A stretch of 64,000 nucleotides of DNA, from positions 522,567 to 586,566 of the forward strand of contig NW_003314325.1 of the NCBI RefSeq assembly GCF_000143415.4, given 5' to 3'. Position 1 is the stretch's first letter. Each line of letters opens with the position of its first letter. The stretch comes from Selaginella moellendorffii. Its lineage: Eukaryota > Plantae > Lycopodiophyta. Under the pieces are notes generated by a model. It saw only the letters and a list, made by a program, of their open reading frames with translations, made no database searches and had not been told where the DNA came from. Positions 1 through 12,323 of the stretch are shown one piece after another. A program made the translations under genes and the position numbers.

Positions 1-149
1 GAAGAACATCATAATCCCATCAGAGAGAGCCGGAGGCTAGGGCGCTAGGGCGAGAGGATATAAAGCCCTATATATAGCCTTGTATTGGGCTTCCGTGAGT
101 ACATAGCCTGGGTACGTAGCCGAGCGTTTCAAGCGCAAAGAAAATGAGC

Positions 150-3100
150 TCTTGAGGCAGTCGACAAAACCTGTAGCTCCCCCCGCTCAAGGCCCGAAAA
201 GTCCCACGGAAGCTTTGCACAGCTCGTCCATCTACTGCGCTGTGAGCAAGGCCGCGAAGTCGACAACGGGAACACCTCCTGGCAGCCTTCGCAAGTCCAT
301 CCCTGTTCCTGACGCTCGATCCAAGCTGGTTGGCAATGCTGTCGCGGCAAAAGCTGTGGCCTCGAGCCACTTCGGGCATAAACACACCGAACAATCCTTT
401 TGCTGCGTCTATTGCCACTGCTACTGCTGGATTGCTTCCTTCTTCCAGACGCTGACGATCTGTGCTTTGCTTGCTCCAAGCACTCATCCCCGTGCACGCC
501 ACCGGTGGTTCATGCTCACTGCAGCTCCCACTGATTTTTCCAGCCCGGCTAAGTCGACCCCGTATTTTCCCAAACAGAGCTCTCATCATCCCAAGAGGAG
601 CTCCCGTCGCCTCGCAGTGAGATCTTCTGGTTGCATCTAACCATGGCCGGTTTCCTCTTCAATCTTCTTTGCCAGGCGAAGCCCCTCTCTCGTCTTCATT
701 GCAGCTTTATCCAGCAGGCCCTTCGAGAGGAGAGTCTTCCACCAGTTGTTCTGCCTTGCACCGAGCCACACCTTTCTCGTACGCCTTCGGAGATACCTTC
801 ACACAGTGGTTTCCGAGTGGAAAACGGAAATTGAATAAGAGTAGCATACCTTCAAAGTCGCACCTAGTGTGTTATCCGCCTTGAGCTGCTCCATTCCCTT
901 GGCAGAGTAAAGTGTAGACGGGAAGAGAAACTCCGCTTTGCATGTAACTTTCTGCCACGCCTCCCCCACGCCTCAGACATCCAGAGTCGTCCCTTCAAGG
1001 CTAGCAAGAGCATTGCAGCGTCGTGAGCATTCACGTTGAACCTGAACCAAGCTTTGGCCGACAAACCTCTCAATCACCTCGACCTCAAACCTGTCTGCTG
1101 GAACATACTCCCGGTGCTTGGTCTCCAAGACCCGCTGGTACTCACTTATAACCCGCATCTTTCTCATGAATCACGATAAGCTTCGTCATCTTCTTCCCAC
1201 TCAAAGCTTCCAAGTCTTGCATAGTCGGAGATAACACACCGGGCTGTGAGCGCTGGCTGACTTCACACGTGACGTATGAGCCGCAGATCACTTTCCTGTG
1301 CATGAAAGTATCACGGCATCGATGCAGCAAACGCGCCGGCTTTGAAAGTGTCGAGTTTCACCGCAAGTTGGGGAGAAGCTGTGCGTCGAAAGGCGACCAA
1401 ACCCCACTTTGTCTGAGGTGACGCTCCAAAATCTGGAGATGCCTTCACCTCACTCATCAAACACTATCTCTTTCACCATCCAGACACGATCAGAGTCACG
1501 GGCGTTCGGAATCTCAGCTGCTTCTCGATGCACTCGTTCTGAAGCCAGCACTTCTGTCTCGCCACTGTTGCCATACGTGCAGCTCGTTCATGCAGCTCTC
1601 GATCCTGGACCTTGTTTGGCTGACACCTTTGGCCTCGAGCTGCTTTTGTAGCAAAGCTAGTCCGCTCTGTTCTTTGCCGCGAACTCTAGCCATGAGAGTG
1701 TTCCCCAAGTTCGATATGACCGCTCTGTGACTCCAAATCATACCCGTAACGATCGGCCACCCATTCGGGATCCACGACGGTCACGCAGCTCAAAAACTCC
1801 CTCGACGAGCAGAAAAATACCAGCCCCAGTGGACAGTCTCCGGATGAATGTGAGCCTCTCGACCCAGTCGTATCCGATTCGCCCGTTGCCAGAAAACTGC
1901 CAGCTTCTCCATAAAAGCCGACGTGACGATCTTCCTGATTGTCTCGTCCTTCAGGTCTCTTATCTGTTCCTGGAAGCTCCTCAGTGACTTTGTGTTGATG
2001 CTGTACACGTCCAAGAGGTTGAACAGGTCTCCATGCCAATGAGATGGTCGTCGAACTTCGACGGTCGAAGATGATATCAAAGGAATGAGAACCAGACCAC
2101 AACTGTCGAGAATGTTCTTGGTGTTAATCCGAAGTTCCCAGTTCTTTACTTCATCATCCAGCCGCTGCAAACTCGTCATTGCATGCCTGATAGCGCTGAT
2201 GCTGGGAGGCTCCACGAAGTCAAAGTTTTCCACGTCCTATATGCCTAGTGCCAGAAGCTTGAGAACTACTATCCCCATGTGAGAACAGCAACGCCATGTC
2301 GTCAAAGTCTTCATCGTTGTACAATCTGTAGCTGACACCAGAACTCGTGCGACCTCTTTGAGTTGCGGAGCTTTGACTGATTGCCGTAAGCTCCAGCGTT
2401 GTCATCCCAGTCTGTGGATCAAAGATAGCTTGCTTTGACAATCCTGGATCCACCAAGTGCCTAGAAGCCGAGAAAGCGACATGGTTCAAGGAAGATCATC
2501 GTAAAAGAACTTAAGTACCTGATTCCTGGTATCGTCGAAGACGTCTCGGCGATATTTGTTGCAGAAACTATCTTTCTAGTACCAGCTGTTGCTGATCCTC
2601 TTCACGAAGCCTTCCATGAAGAAGCAGCACAAGCAGCGTATTTGCCAATCGTTTACAGACCCATTCGACATCCGCCTGGGACGTGAGGAAAGCCCATTGG
2701 CCTCCTTGTGGAGCTCGCAAACTCTTTCCATTGTCCTTGTATCGATGTTGGCATTCCCACGCAGTTCGTAGTGGATCTCAACCTAGTACTTCCAGGAACG
2801 ACAAGTGGTTTCGATGCCAAAGTAGTCGCTGAAGAGTTCCGCATCGGCTGTAGCCGACATGACAATGACTCTCAACATTCCCTCAGTACTGCTAGGAGTA
2901 CTGAAGGCTTAGGCTTAGTTCCTGTTCTTCGTCCACCACAATGCAGCTGAAACCGGTCGAGATTTCTAGTCGAGAGATAAAGTTGAAGCAGTACCAAGGT
3001 GCCAATGGAATTTATCTTCCCGTAACAGCCGTGACACGAGTCCATTTAGCAGTTCCCACTGAGCGACCGATTCTTGCATCCTCCTGGACTATTTCCCACA

Positions 3101-3625
3101 GTTCTAGTGAAAAGTTCTTAACTTTGTTGTTCCTCCTTCGTGCTATCGTCTTTAGGATACCCTTTACCGTGTTGCAGCTCCTCAAGCGACCAATTTAGGC
3201 AGTGAAGACAAACCTTTCCAAGGATCTCGCCGTTTTCTTGTTCGGACCACTGCTCGGATGAGCTACCCTGGGGATCCAAGGGCTCTTCCCTCAAGCGAAG
3301 ACCCAAAACTCCACCAGGGAGGCCGCAGCCTTGTCGAGGTAGCAAAGCTTTGAACCGCGGCTGGAATGATGGCGCCACACCGGCACCAACGCCTCATCCG
3401 GCGGCTGCGGTCCGTGAGTAGCAGCACCGCGTTGCGATCTCTCCAGCTCGATGAAAGCGTAGGCCCATGGATCGCTGCGCTGCCTGGGCACACACACGAA
3501 AGCGTTAGATTCCTACCAGGGAAGCGGCAAGCAAAAACTTCGACGATTCTACTGCCGCGATGATTCTAACGCCAAGATTCAGGCCAGAAATTTCTCATAA
3601 AATGCAGTCTTGCCTCTTGATCCAT
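150..3625 (-). pseudogene. DEAH-box RNA helicase with C-terminal RING/IBR (DEAH11/12-like), frameshifted pseudogene
   Basis: Fragments in shifting frames: helicase C (VDPGLSKQAIFDPQTGMTTL..ISQSSATQR), HA2 (FDFVEPPSISAIRHAM), RING remnant (GHSFCRD), IBR remnant (YRFC). Many frameshifts; ends approximate. Confidence 0.75.
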
Positions 3626-3918
3626 GGCGCCGATCGCCCGCCGCTTCCAGCTCCAGCAGCGCCAATGCGAACCCTAAAATCCTGGAACAAAAACGTTCGA
3701 GCGGGAAGGAGCTCTACCTTCCCAAAAAAGCAAGCTTCCATATCTTCTAGTGTAGGCTTTTTCCATAGCCATGATGAGTACATTGTTTAATTTCTCGTCT
3801 CTAGCTATAGATCTATAGATTACTAGACCAGTTTTAAATTAATGCGATAAACATGGAACAAAAACTAGTATTAGATTAGATTAACCCGCCCCAAACAAAA
3901 CCCCCCAACCGAGCTGCT

Positions 3919-3994
3919 AGTTATATGTTATTCTTATAAAGGTGGTGGATTTCTAATGTTACTGGCTTGCTCTAGAGCGTATGCTATCTCGATG
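3919..3994 (-). pseudogene. Fragment of the amidase last exon and 3' end
   Basis: Near-identical to 18923-18998 ([16 protein letters not shown]). Confidence 0.8.
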
Positions 3995-4475
3995 AGTGTT
4001 TTTCACTCTATTAATACCTTTCCTGGAATGTTTCTAACTTTTTGATTTGCTTAAGTGCTTGGATATTCTAAAATATTCTACCATCTAATTCTTATATTAT
4101 TATTATAATTTATCTGATTGCTAGTATATAGTTACTCAAAGAGTTCATTGTAGAGTATAATACCAAGTCATTAATCTAAAATAATCATGGAACTCTCACC
4201 AAAAAACCTAATTCTCTTCTAGTAAAAACTTTTAGAATTCTTTCAATTGAACTAATAAGTAAAACTGAACAGGAATAACACTACTATTTAACAAAATAAT
4301 AGTATTTTTTTCAGGTTAGGTTTTTAGATATAATATTTAAATATGAAAGTTTCATTGATGAATTTCTATATTATAAATCTATAATATTATATTTGTAATG
4401 CTCTAGTGGATTAATTACTTCAATGCCATAGGATATGGATTGGATTAATTACTTCAATGCCATAGAACATGGATT

Positions 4476-4635
4476 TGTGAGTGCATAGAATATAAAAATG
4501 TGTATATTCAAATAGCCTAAAAACCTTAATTTATATATAGAAGTGACTGTTATAAAAAACCAATCCAATAGATATCAAAATCATATTACGCTAATATCAA
4601 TATATGGCATCAAAGCCATACACTTGGACCTTACA
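4476..4635 (-). repeat. 3' LTR of element D (degenerate family-B LTR)
   Basis: TG..CA termini; colinear with the reverse complement of 33723-33896. Confidence 0.85.
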
Positions 4636-6172
4636 TTATCTCTTTCTCTAGGAAGGATGGAACGTACTTAAGATTCTTTGGTTAATAAACAAGAATATGG
4701 AAAAACTTCAAGAAGAGGTATTTAGATGGTGCAACTTATTCCTGATCCCTTTGTATGAAGCATTTCAACCACTATATATATGCATAATTTTTAAAGGATC
4801 GATCTATTAAATATCATGCTAAACTTCACAAACTTGCAATCCAATTTATCACAACACTCAATATGGTCATTTCCACTAAGTAAAGATTTTTTTAGACAAA
4901 CAATTGAGAAAACAAACTAATACTAAGTCATCCACTTTGTACTTTGTAGGTGGATGATAATGAAAGTTGTAGCACCATTATTATCTCATTTGTATGCAAC
5001 CCAAGTATTCAATAAACTTCACTCAAACCAGTAAAGAATGCTTATTAAATATTGCTTCTAGTATCTAGCTCATGACAATTGTGAACGTAAATTCAACTCC
5101 TTTGGAAGTATTAAATCATGATTATATAAGAGTTTTTATGGTGAAGCACTAATGAAACTTTGAACCTTGTGATATACACATACCAAAGAAATTATCCCAA
5201 TCTAAATGTTTAAAGTACATATACTTTGCAATCATTCATCTAAAAGTTTGAACAAGCTATTTTAGTAAACCATTTATCTAAACATTTTTGACAGTGTGGC
5301 ATATCTTTAGCTTAGACGTTAAAACATGAATGCATCAGCTATAAATTCAAGACCATTATTCGAAAGAATATACTCTGAACAAAAATGCTAAAACACCATT
5401 CAATTGAGGAGGAAATATCCAATAGTAGTTACAAATGCACTAGCAACAACACCAATTTTCACCTAGTGAGTCATATAATTGAAAACAATAATGACATATT
5501 TTTTGCGAATAATTGATCGTGGAAAAATCCCCATTAAATCAAATGCCATCAACTCAAATGGACTCAAATTTACAATTGACTCAAACCATCTTTCTGCAGC
5601 ATGAGCAGGAGTATTATTAACTTAATATCAAACATAACTATGCATATTCTAGATAATATCATGTTGCATTTTCAACCAATACAAAAATATATATAACTTT
5701 TCAGTCATACATTGATGTTCTATATGCCTACCTAGAATAGAAGAGTCATTGTAAGTGTGGAGAAAATATAGAATAAAGATTGAAAGCACCATCAATTATA
5801 AATGATCAGTCTTTATAAAATAATAAGGTTGTCTTTAATATGATATTAATATTGTAAATGCTGAAATGATAAGTTATTAACAAGTGATTTAAGATTCTCA
5901 AACCCATCATGAAGCAATTGAAACCACAATTCAATCTTTTGAGCTTTATGAACCTCAATAAGAGGAGGTAAATTTTACTCTACACCTTGTGGATATTGAA
6001 CATCAACTATAGTAGATTTGACTAAATTTTTTATGGTGATTCATTATGCTAAGACTAAGTTGGTACTTTGTTTCTTTGAGAGTTTGCCCATTGAAATAAA
6101 ATAACAGGCTTGTAAGGAACATGAAAAGAGAGCAAAAAGATAAGCAAAACTTGAAAAAGGGCATTAGCATCA

Positions 6173-6901
6173 CCATACAACTCCCTCAATGATGAATAAC
6201 CTCAAAATTATATATTTAAAACTTTAAAGTCCACTAAGTCAACCATATGAAGTACCATAGCATGATCACCTTTTAGTAATGTCTAAGAACCATATAAATA
6301 TACATGAAGCAAACTATTACTAAATATTCATTCTTTATCATAAAGTAATTTATCTCTACTAATTGTAATGTATGACTCATATATGCAATAAAATAACACT
6401 AGCCAAACAATCAAACCATACAACTCCCTCAATGATGAACAACCTCAAAATTATATATCTAAAACTTCAAAGTCCACTAAGTCAACCATATGAAGTACCA
6501 TAGTATAATCACCTTTTAGTAATGTTTAAGAACCATATAAATATACATGAAACAAACTGTTACTATATATTCATTCTTTATCATAAAGTAATTTATCTCT
6601 ACTAATTGTAATGTATGACTCATATATACAATAAAATAACACTAGCCAAACAATCAAACCATACAACTCCCTCAATGATGAACAACCTCAAAATTATATA
6701 TTTAAAACTTCAAAGTTCACTAAGTCAACCATATGAAGTACCATAACATAATCACCTTTTAGTAATGTCTAAGAACCATGTAAATATACATAAAGCAAAC
6801 TGTTACTAAATATTCATTCTTTATCATAAAGTAATTTATCTCTACTAATTGTAATGTATGACTCATATATGCAATAAGATAACACTAGCCAAACAATCAA
6901 T
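6173..6901. repeat. Tandem triplication of a 243-bp unit in the RNase H region of D
   Basis: ccatacaactccctcaatgatgaa recurs at 6173, 6416 and 6659. Confidence 0.9.
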
Positions 6902-7133
6902 ACATCCTTGAGGCTAATATAAAAAACATCCATATACAAAATGAAAAGTTAAAATGTAGTTAAGATACACTACACTTAGAACAGTTATCAATAGTGCAAG
7001 CAATCAAAGGGAACAACTTGAGAGACAATCTATAGAAATTCAAATATAAAAGGAAAGAGCCTATAAATAAAAGTGTACTTTTCTTTTTTAATTTGTTAAA
7101 GGTTTTGGGATATTTGGGGTTAAACATTCTTGG

Positions 7134-8295
7134 AGTAAGCTCTTAAATTTTTCCTTTCCAATTTGCCAGCTTACCTCGTCTATCCGTCCAACACTGCCTT
7201 GGCTTTTGCTAAGTTCCCTTGCCAAGGTTCTCGCCTATGGTACCAGCTCCTACTTGGTTTCAGCTACTCACTGCATGAGCAACGGAGTGTTAGCCATCCT
7301 TCCACGGATTCCCAAATCACTCCCAATCCCCCTCCCCGGGTTAGACTGGACTTAAGGTTCGGCTACACTCCCCGCAAGCACAAGCAGCCAAGCACACCAA
7401 GCTTCCAGGTTCCTAACATCCTTTGGTACCACAAGACTTGATCATGGGACCCTCTAAATCCCAAGTCTTGAGTGCAACACTTGCTTCGGGACGCTGGGGC
7501 GAAACACCGTGGCCTAGCGGCCCGGTATGGGTACCTCTCGCCCCCCACTTCCATCCCGAAGGAAGGCCCAAGCCCCTAGGAAGGGCGAGGACCAATGAGC
7601 CGCATGGTACTCAAGTGGGGCACCACTCCACATGAGCCGGAAGCACCGCAATCGGTTTCCCTTTCGGGAGTGGGAGCTGCTCTTGAGCACTTCCTTGGAT
7701 GGCCCCTCCGGCACCAACCAAGTCCATGCTCACTCCCACCCAAGGCCCTTCGGTCCCAGTCCCAACCTCAAGTCAGTTTGGGAGCCCCACTGGAGAGTCC
7801 CTTCTAAACTGGTTCCTGGACCTCACTATCCCTACTATACTTTTGGAACCCCCTGCAGCCCCCCCCCCCCTGGGAGACGCACGCTTTGGGCTTTCACCCC
7901 TTGACCCGTATTAGTATTTGGACTTAGTCTCTGGCTCGATCTCGGACCCGATTTCGGATCCGACTTTGGATTCGGGTTCGGACTCGATCACGGACTCGAT
8001 CTCGGACCCGATCTCGGACCTGATCTCGGACCCGACCTCGGACTCGACCTCGGACTCGGTCTCGGACCCGATTTCGGATCTCGGACTCCGTCTCGAACTC
8101 GGTCTCGAACTCGGACTCGAACTCGGTCCCCGAGTCGGTCTCGGACTCGATTCCGGACTCTATCTCGAACTCGGTCCTAGAGTCGGTCTTGGACTCGATC
8201 TTCGACTTGGTCCCATCCGATGAACTCTTTGTCATTTTGGTCATGCTTTCGGGGTTCCTTTAGCCTATGACACCTCGGCGAGTTGGTTCCTTACA
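7134..8295 (-). repeat. 3' LTR of A (1162 bp) with a (TCCGAG)-type hexamer array at ~7930-8210
   Basis: About 6 substitutions seen versus the other LTR; terminal base mutated (AGTAAG instead of TGTAAG on +). Confidence 0.95.
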
Positions 8296-8336
8296 ACTTC
8301 ACCACCCATAGAAGAAGTTCGATGCCCACATCGAAC
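8296..8336 (-). promoter_or_regulatory. PPT-like tract (ATGGGTGGTGAAGT) and adjacent GTTCGATG-N4-CATCGAAC hairpin of A
   Basis: Abuts the 3' LTR; the same arrangement occurs in C at 42719-42760. Confidence 0.7.
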
Positions 8337-8371
8337 GTCTCATTTTATCCTACGACTTGTTGACCATGTCT

Positions 8372-8612
8372 CCGGGGGCATCCCCCCACTTAGCGGTGTG
8401 CCTAAGTTAGCCTCCCCGGCCAAGAGCCCATGACAACGGAATATAGGTGTCCCTATATTCCTCACCTCACCACGCCCTAGTATAGGGTCGGGACTTGAAC
8501 CCAGCCTTGCTTTACTAGGGGGTTGGGACTCGAACCCAACCTCCGTAGAATACGTCTACGGATTCGACATCCACGCAGGGAGTCGGGCGTAGCTCCCTAC
8601 GCCTGGTCGACC
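8372..8612 (-). ncRNA. Conserved structured cis-RNA in the 3' UTR of A: GGAG hairpin, two T-loop hairpins, GACA-loop module
   Basis: Homologous to 43885-44291 in C, with compensatory base changes; wobble pairs are valid only on the minus (element-sense) strand. Confidence 0.65.
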
Positions 8613-9080
8613 TAGCTAACCCATGCTAATTAGCTCACCTTTGGCGCGCCTTCGGGTCCCAACATATGCCACTTGCTCAACTTTGCAAATTGATATTTTT
8701 AATTGAACTTTGCATAAGTACATAGAGTTCTGCCTTGCAGAAATTCCTCCACTAGATCTCGCGCGTTTGCTAGGTTCTCCTCCGGTTCCCATGTTGCTTC
8801 GCAGTGTGGAAATCCTTTCCACTTCACATGGAACTCTCTCACCTCGCGTCCTTGTCGCTTGCTCTTGCGCGCATTGAGGATGGCCTCGACTTCGTATTCC
8901 TCTTCCCCTTGGATAACCTCAGGTAAAGGTCTTACTTGGTCCTTGCGAAGCGGATCCTCAAAGTACGGCTTGAGTAAGTTCACATGGAACACTGGGTGCA
9001 TCTTCCCCATCTCTCGAGGAAGTCAGAGTCGGTAAGCCACTTTACCGATTCGTGCCTCAATCTCGTAAGGCCCCGCGAAC

Positions 9081-9132
9081 CTGCTTAAGGAACTCAAGAT
9101 CAATTCATTTACAGGAATACATGCATTTTTAC
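9081..9132 (-). other. 52-nt GT-AG intron in the integrase C-terminal region of A
   Basis: AG|GTAAAA...TTAAGCAG|G; removal gives KLTQRFAGPYE. Confidence 0.85.
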
Positions 9133-9550
9133 CTTTGGGTCAGCTTTCGGCTGATCCCACTTGGTAGCCTAAGGTTCTTGGTGTTCAGCCACACCTTCTC
9201 CCCAGCTTGGAACTCTACGTCCCGGCGCTTTAGGTTCGCGTACTTGGTTTGCCTTTGTTGAGCCCGTTCCAAGGAATCCCTCACTAGATTCCAAATGTTG
9301 AGTCTTTCCGCCGTGAATGCCTCCACTGCGGGTAACTCTCCATGATACTCGGCCACGCCGAGTTCCACAGGACCTTCAATAGCTCGCCCATTGATGACTT
9401 CCCATGGACTCACCCCGATACTCGAATGTGGTGAGTTGTTATAACACATTTCCGCAAGTCCCAAATGACTTACCCAATCGGTCTGGTCTCCCGAAACATA
9501 GCATCGCAAATAATCCTCCAGCTGCCTATTCACCCTTTCCGTTTGTCCGT

Positions 9551-9597
9551 CTGTCAAGAAGTGTTAGGACCACCAAACTTGACTTAATACCCCATAC
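9551..9597 (-). other. 47-nt GT-AG intron in the integrase core of A
   Basis: AG|GTATGG...CTAAC..TTGACAG|; removal gives AYHPQTDGQTERVN. Confidence 0.85.
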
Positions 9598-12323
9598 CTG
9601 TCTGTGGGTGATAGGCTGTGCTAAATTTCAACTTGGTGCGATACTGTTCCAGGAGGGTCCTCCAGAACCTACTAGTGAAGATCTTATCTCGATCTGAGAT
9701 AATCTCCTCTGGCCTTCCCCGCACTCGAACCACTTGTTCGAAGAACAGTTTCGCCACACCTTCCGCATCCACCTCCGTTGTGGTGGGTATGAAATGTGCC
9801 ATCTTCGAAAATCGATCCACCACCACGAATATCGCATCGAACCCCTCGCTTGGGGGTAGTCCCGTGATGAAGTCCATCGTGAGACATTTCCACGGACAAT
9901 CTGGAATTGGGATGCTTTGCAACAAGCCCCCACTAGCCTTAGTCACGGCTTTGACCTGCTGACATGTTGGACATGTCTTTACATAGTCTTAGACGTCCTT
10001 AGCCATATCTGGCCAATGGTACTTCCTCTTGAGTAAGCCCATCGTCTTGGGCACTCCGCCGTGTCCCGCAAGAGGTCCGTCATGACACTCTTCTAAGGCT
10101 ACCTTCCTTAGTCCACCTTCTGGAACATACACCCTCGTTTGCTTGTAATAAATGAGTCCATTGCGTTCCGCATAGCCCGTTTTCTCTTCCGTTGGCGGCT
10201 CACCTCTCTGGTGAGCTTCCCGTGCTTCCAGATTCCTCAACAACACTTCTTGTGCTAGACCATCGTTCTCATATGCTGTCCGCACATCGTCCCAGAAGGT
10301 TGCTGTTGCGCTGGAGATCGCCAACCTCAAGCTCGCTTTTCGACTTAGCGCATCTGCCACGATGTTGCTCTTTCCAGGCTTGTACAGAATCTCGCAATCA
10401 AACTCGGCCAAGGCATTGGCCCACCGACCTTGTTTCCCTCTCAGGTCGGGTTGTGACAAGAAGTGTTTCGTTGCCACATTGTCCGTGTAAACCTTGAAGT
10501 GTCTCCCAAGGTAGTGTCGCCACTCCTTGAGCGCCTTGACCACCGCAAAAAATTCCTTCTCATGGGCAGGCCACTTCCGTTGAGCCTTGTCCAACTTCTT
10601 CGAGAAGAACGCTACTGGATGGTTGTCTTGCTTCAAAACTGCGCCTAACGCAAAGTCCGAAGCATCCGTATCTACCTCAAAGTCCTTACCAAAGTCCGGT
10701 AATGCCAACACCGGAGCCTTCCTCAACTTCCCTTTGAGGTGGACGAATGCCGCCTCGCATTCCGCTGTCCATACCATCTTCCCTTTTCCCGTTTGATCCG
10801 TTAAGGGCAGGGCTACTCTCGAATAGTGTCTGATAAACTTTCGATAGTAGTTGCATAGCCCCAAGAACGCCCTCAACTCATGTACATTCGATGGTCGCTC
10901 CCATTCCTGGATCGCTTGGACCTTCTCCGGGTCCACCTTGAGCCCGTCCTGGCCCACCACATGCCCGAGAAACTTTACCTCTTGCTGAGCAAAGTCACAT
11001 TTGCTCTCTTTAGCATACAGTTTATGTTCCCTTAGTTTCTCAAACACCTTCGCCAAGTGTTCGGCATGCTCCTCTAGCGTCTCGCTATAGATCAGGATGT
11101 CGTCAATATAGACGACCACAAAGTGATCCAGATAGGGTACAAAGATGTGGTTCATCAACGCCGAAAACGTTGCCGGCACATTGCACAGCCCAAAGGGCAT
11201 CACCAAAAACTCAAAGCTCCCATACCTCGTTCGACAGGTTGTCTTCTCGACATCTTCCTTGGCTACCCTGATCTGGTAGTATCCTGACCTTAGGTCAATC
11301 CTCGAGAAGTATTTTGCCTTTCCCAACCTATCGAACAGGTCCTCAATCCTTGGCAACGGGTACTTGTTCTTCTTGGTATACTTGTTGAGCAACCGGTAAT
11401 CTATGCACATGCGCATAGATTCATCTTTCTTTTTCACAAATAATACCGGCGCCCCATACGGCGACTTGCTCAACCTAACATACCCTTTGCCCACCAACTC
11501 CTCTAGTTGGCACTTGAGCTCCTTGAGTTCTTTTTCGTTCAAACGATAGGGGGGACGAACCACCGCCTCAGCGCCCTCGACAAGCTCAATCTTATGTTCT
11601 ATCGGTCGTGCGGGGGGCAACCCCGCCGGTAGCTCCTCCGGCATGGTATCCTGGAATTGGTCCAACACTCGCTGGATCACTAAAGGCACTTCTTCCGTTC
11701 TTGTCTTTTTGTCACTCTTCACCGAGAGTAAGCACAAAAAGGCTGCCTTAGTTCCTTTAGTGAGTTGTCCTCTCGTGGACACCAGGTTCAAGCATGACTC
11801 TTTGGCCTTGCTTTGCCCTACCTTTAGATCCTGGGCCTCCACCTTAGATCTTCTTCCTTGGGCATTCGCCAATACCACACGGTTCCTACCTTGTCCATGC
11901 AGGGCTACCACGAACCGATTAAACCAATCCATTCCGAAGATCACGTCAAATCCCACCATGTCCAAGACGGTGAAATCCATGTCCACTTTCCATGTCCCCA
12001 CTTCGACTCTCGCTTGTCGAAGTACCTCATCGGTGCTTTGGCTACCCTGAACAAACTCTATAGTCCTTGGTTCGCCTAGCCGCTGCACCGTTAGTCCGGC
12101 TTGCCGGACTATGTCTGCAGCCACAAAATTATCCGAAGCACCCGTGTCAATAAGGATCTTAACAAAGCTACCTCCGAGCTTCCCTTGGAGGGCTAGTAGA
12201 TGTCGCGAACGACTCTCTACCAAAGTTGCTCGTGTAATGAGTAACTTTGAGTTAGGGACTGGATCACATACCTCAGTTTGGACTTCACCCGACTTGATGG
12301 CCATATTGGCTCTGGCCTTCTTC

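Noticed and set aside
152-640. 162-aa plus-strand ORF after a TATA-like run
   Set aside because: Antisense to the RING/IBR remnant of the DEAH pseudogene; no independent support.
4407-4474. 34-bp tandem duplication beside the D LTR
   Set aside because: Ordinary local duplication; not a TSD.
6173-6901. CRISPR-like array
   Set aside because: Whole 243-bp units repeat without unique spacers; eukaryotic TE-derived sequence.
8372-8461. Hammerhead or HDV-like ribozyme
   Set aside because: No CUGANGA/GAAA core and no convincing P1.1 CC:GG; not callable by eye.
8490-8537. tRNA genes or SINE suggested by GGTTCGAGTCCC
   Set aside because: No cloverleaf, A-box spacing or SINE tail/TSD; treated as T-loop hairpins in a larger structure.
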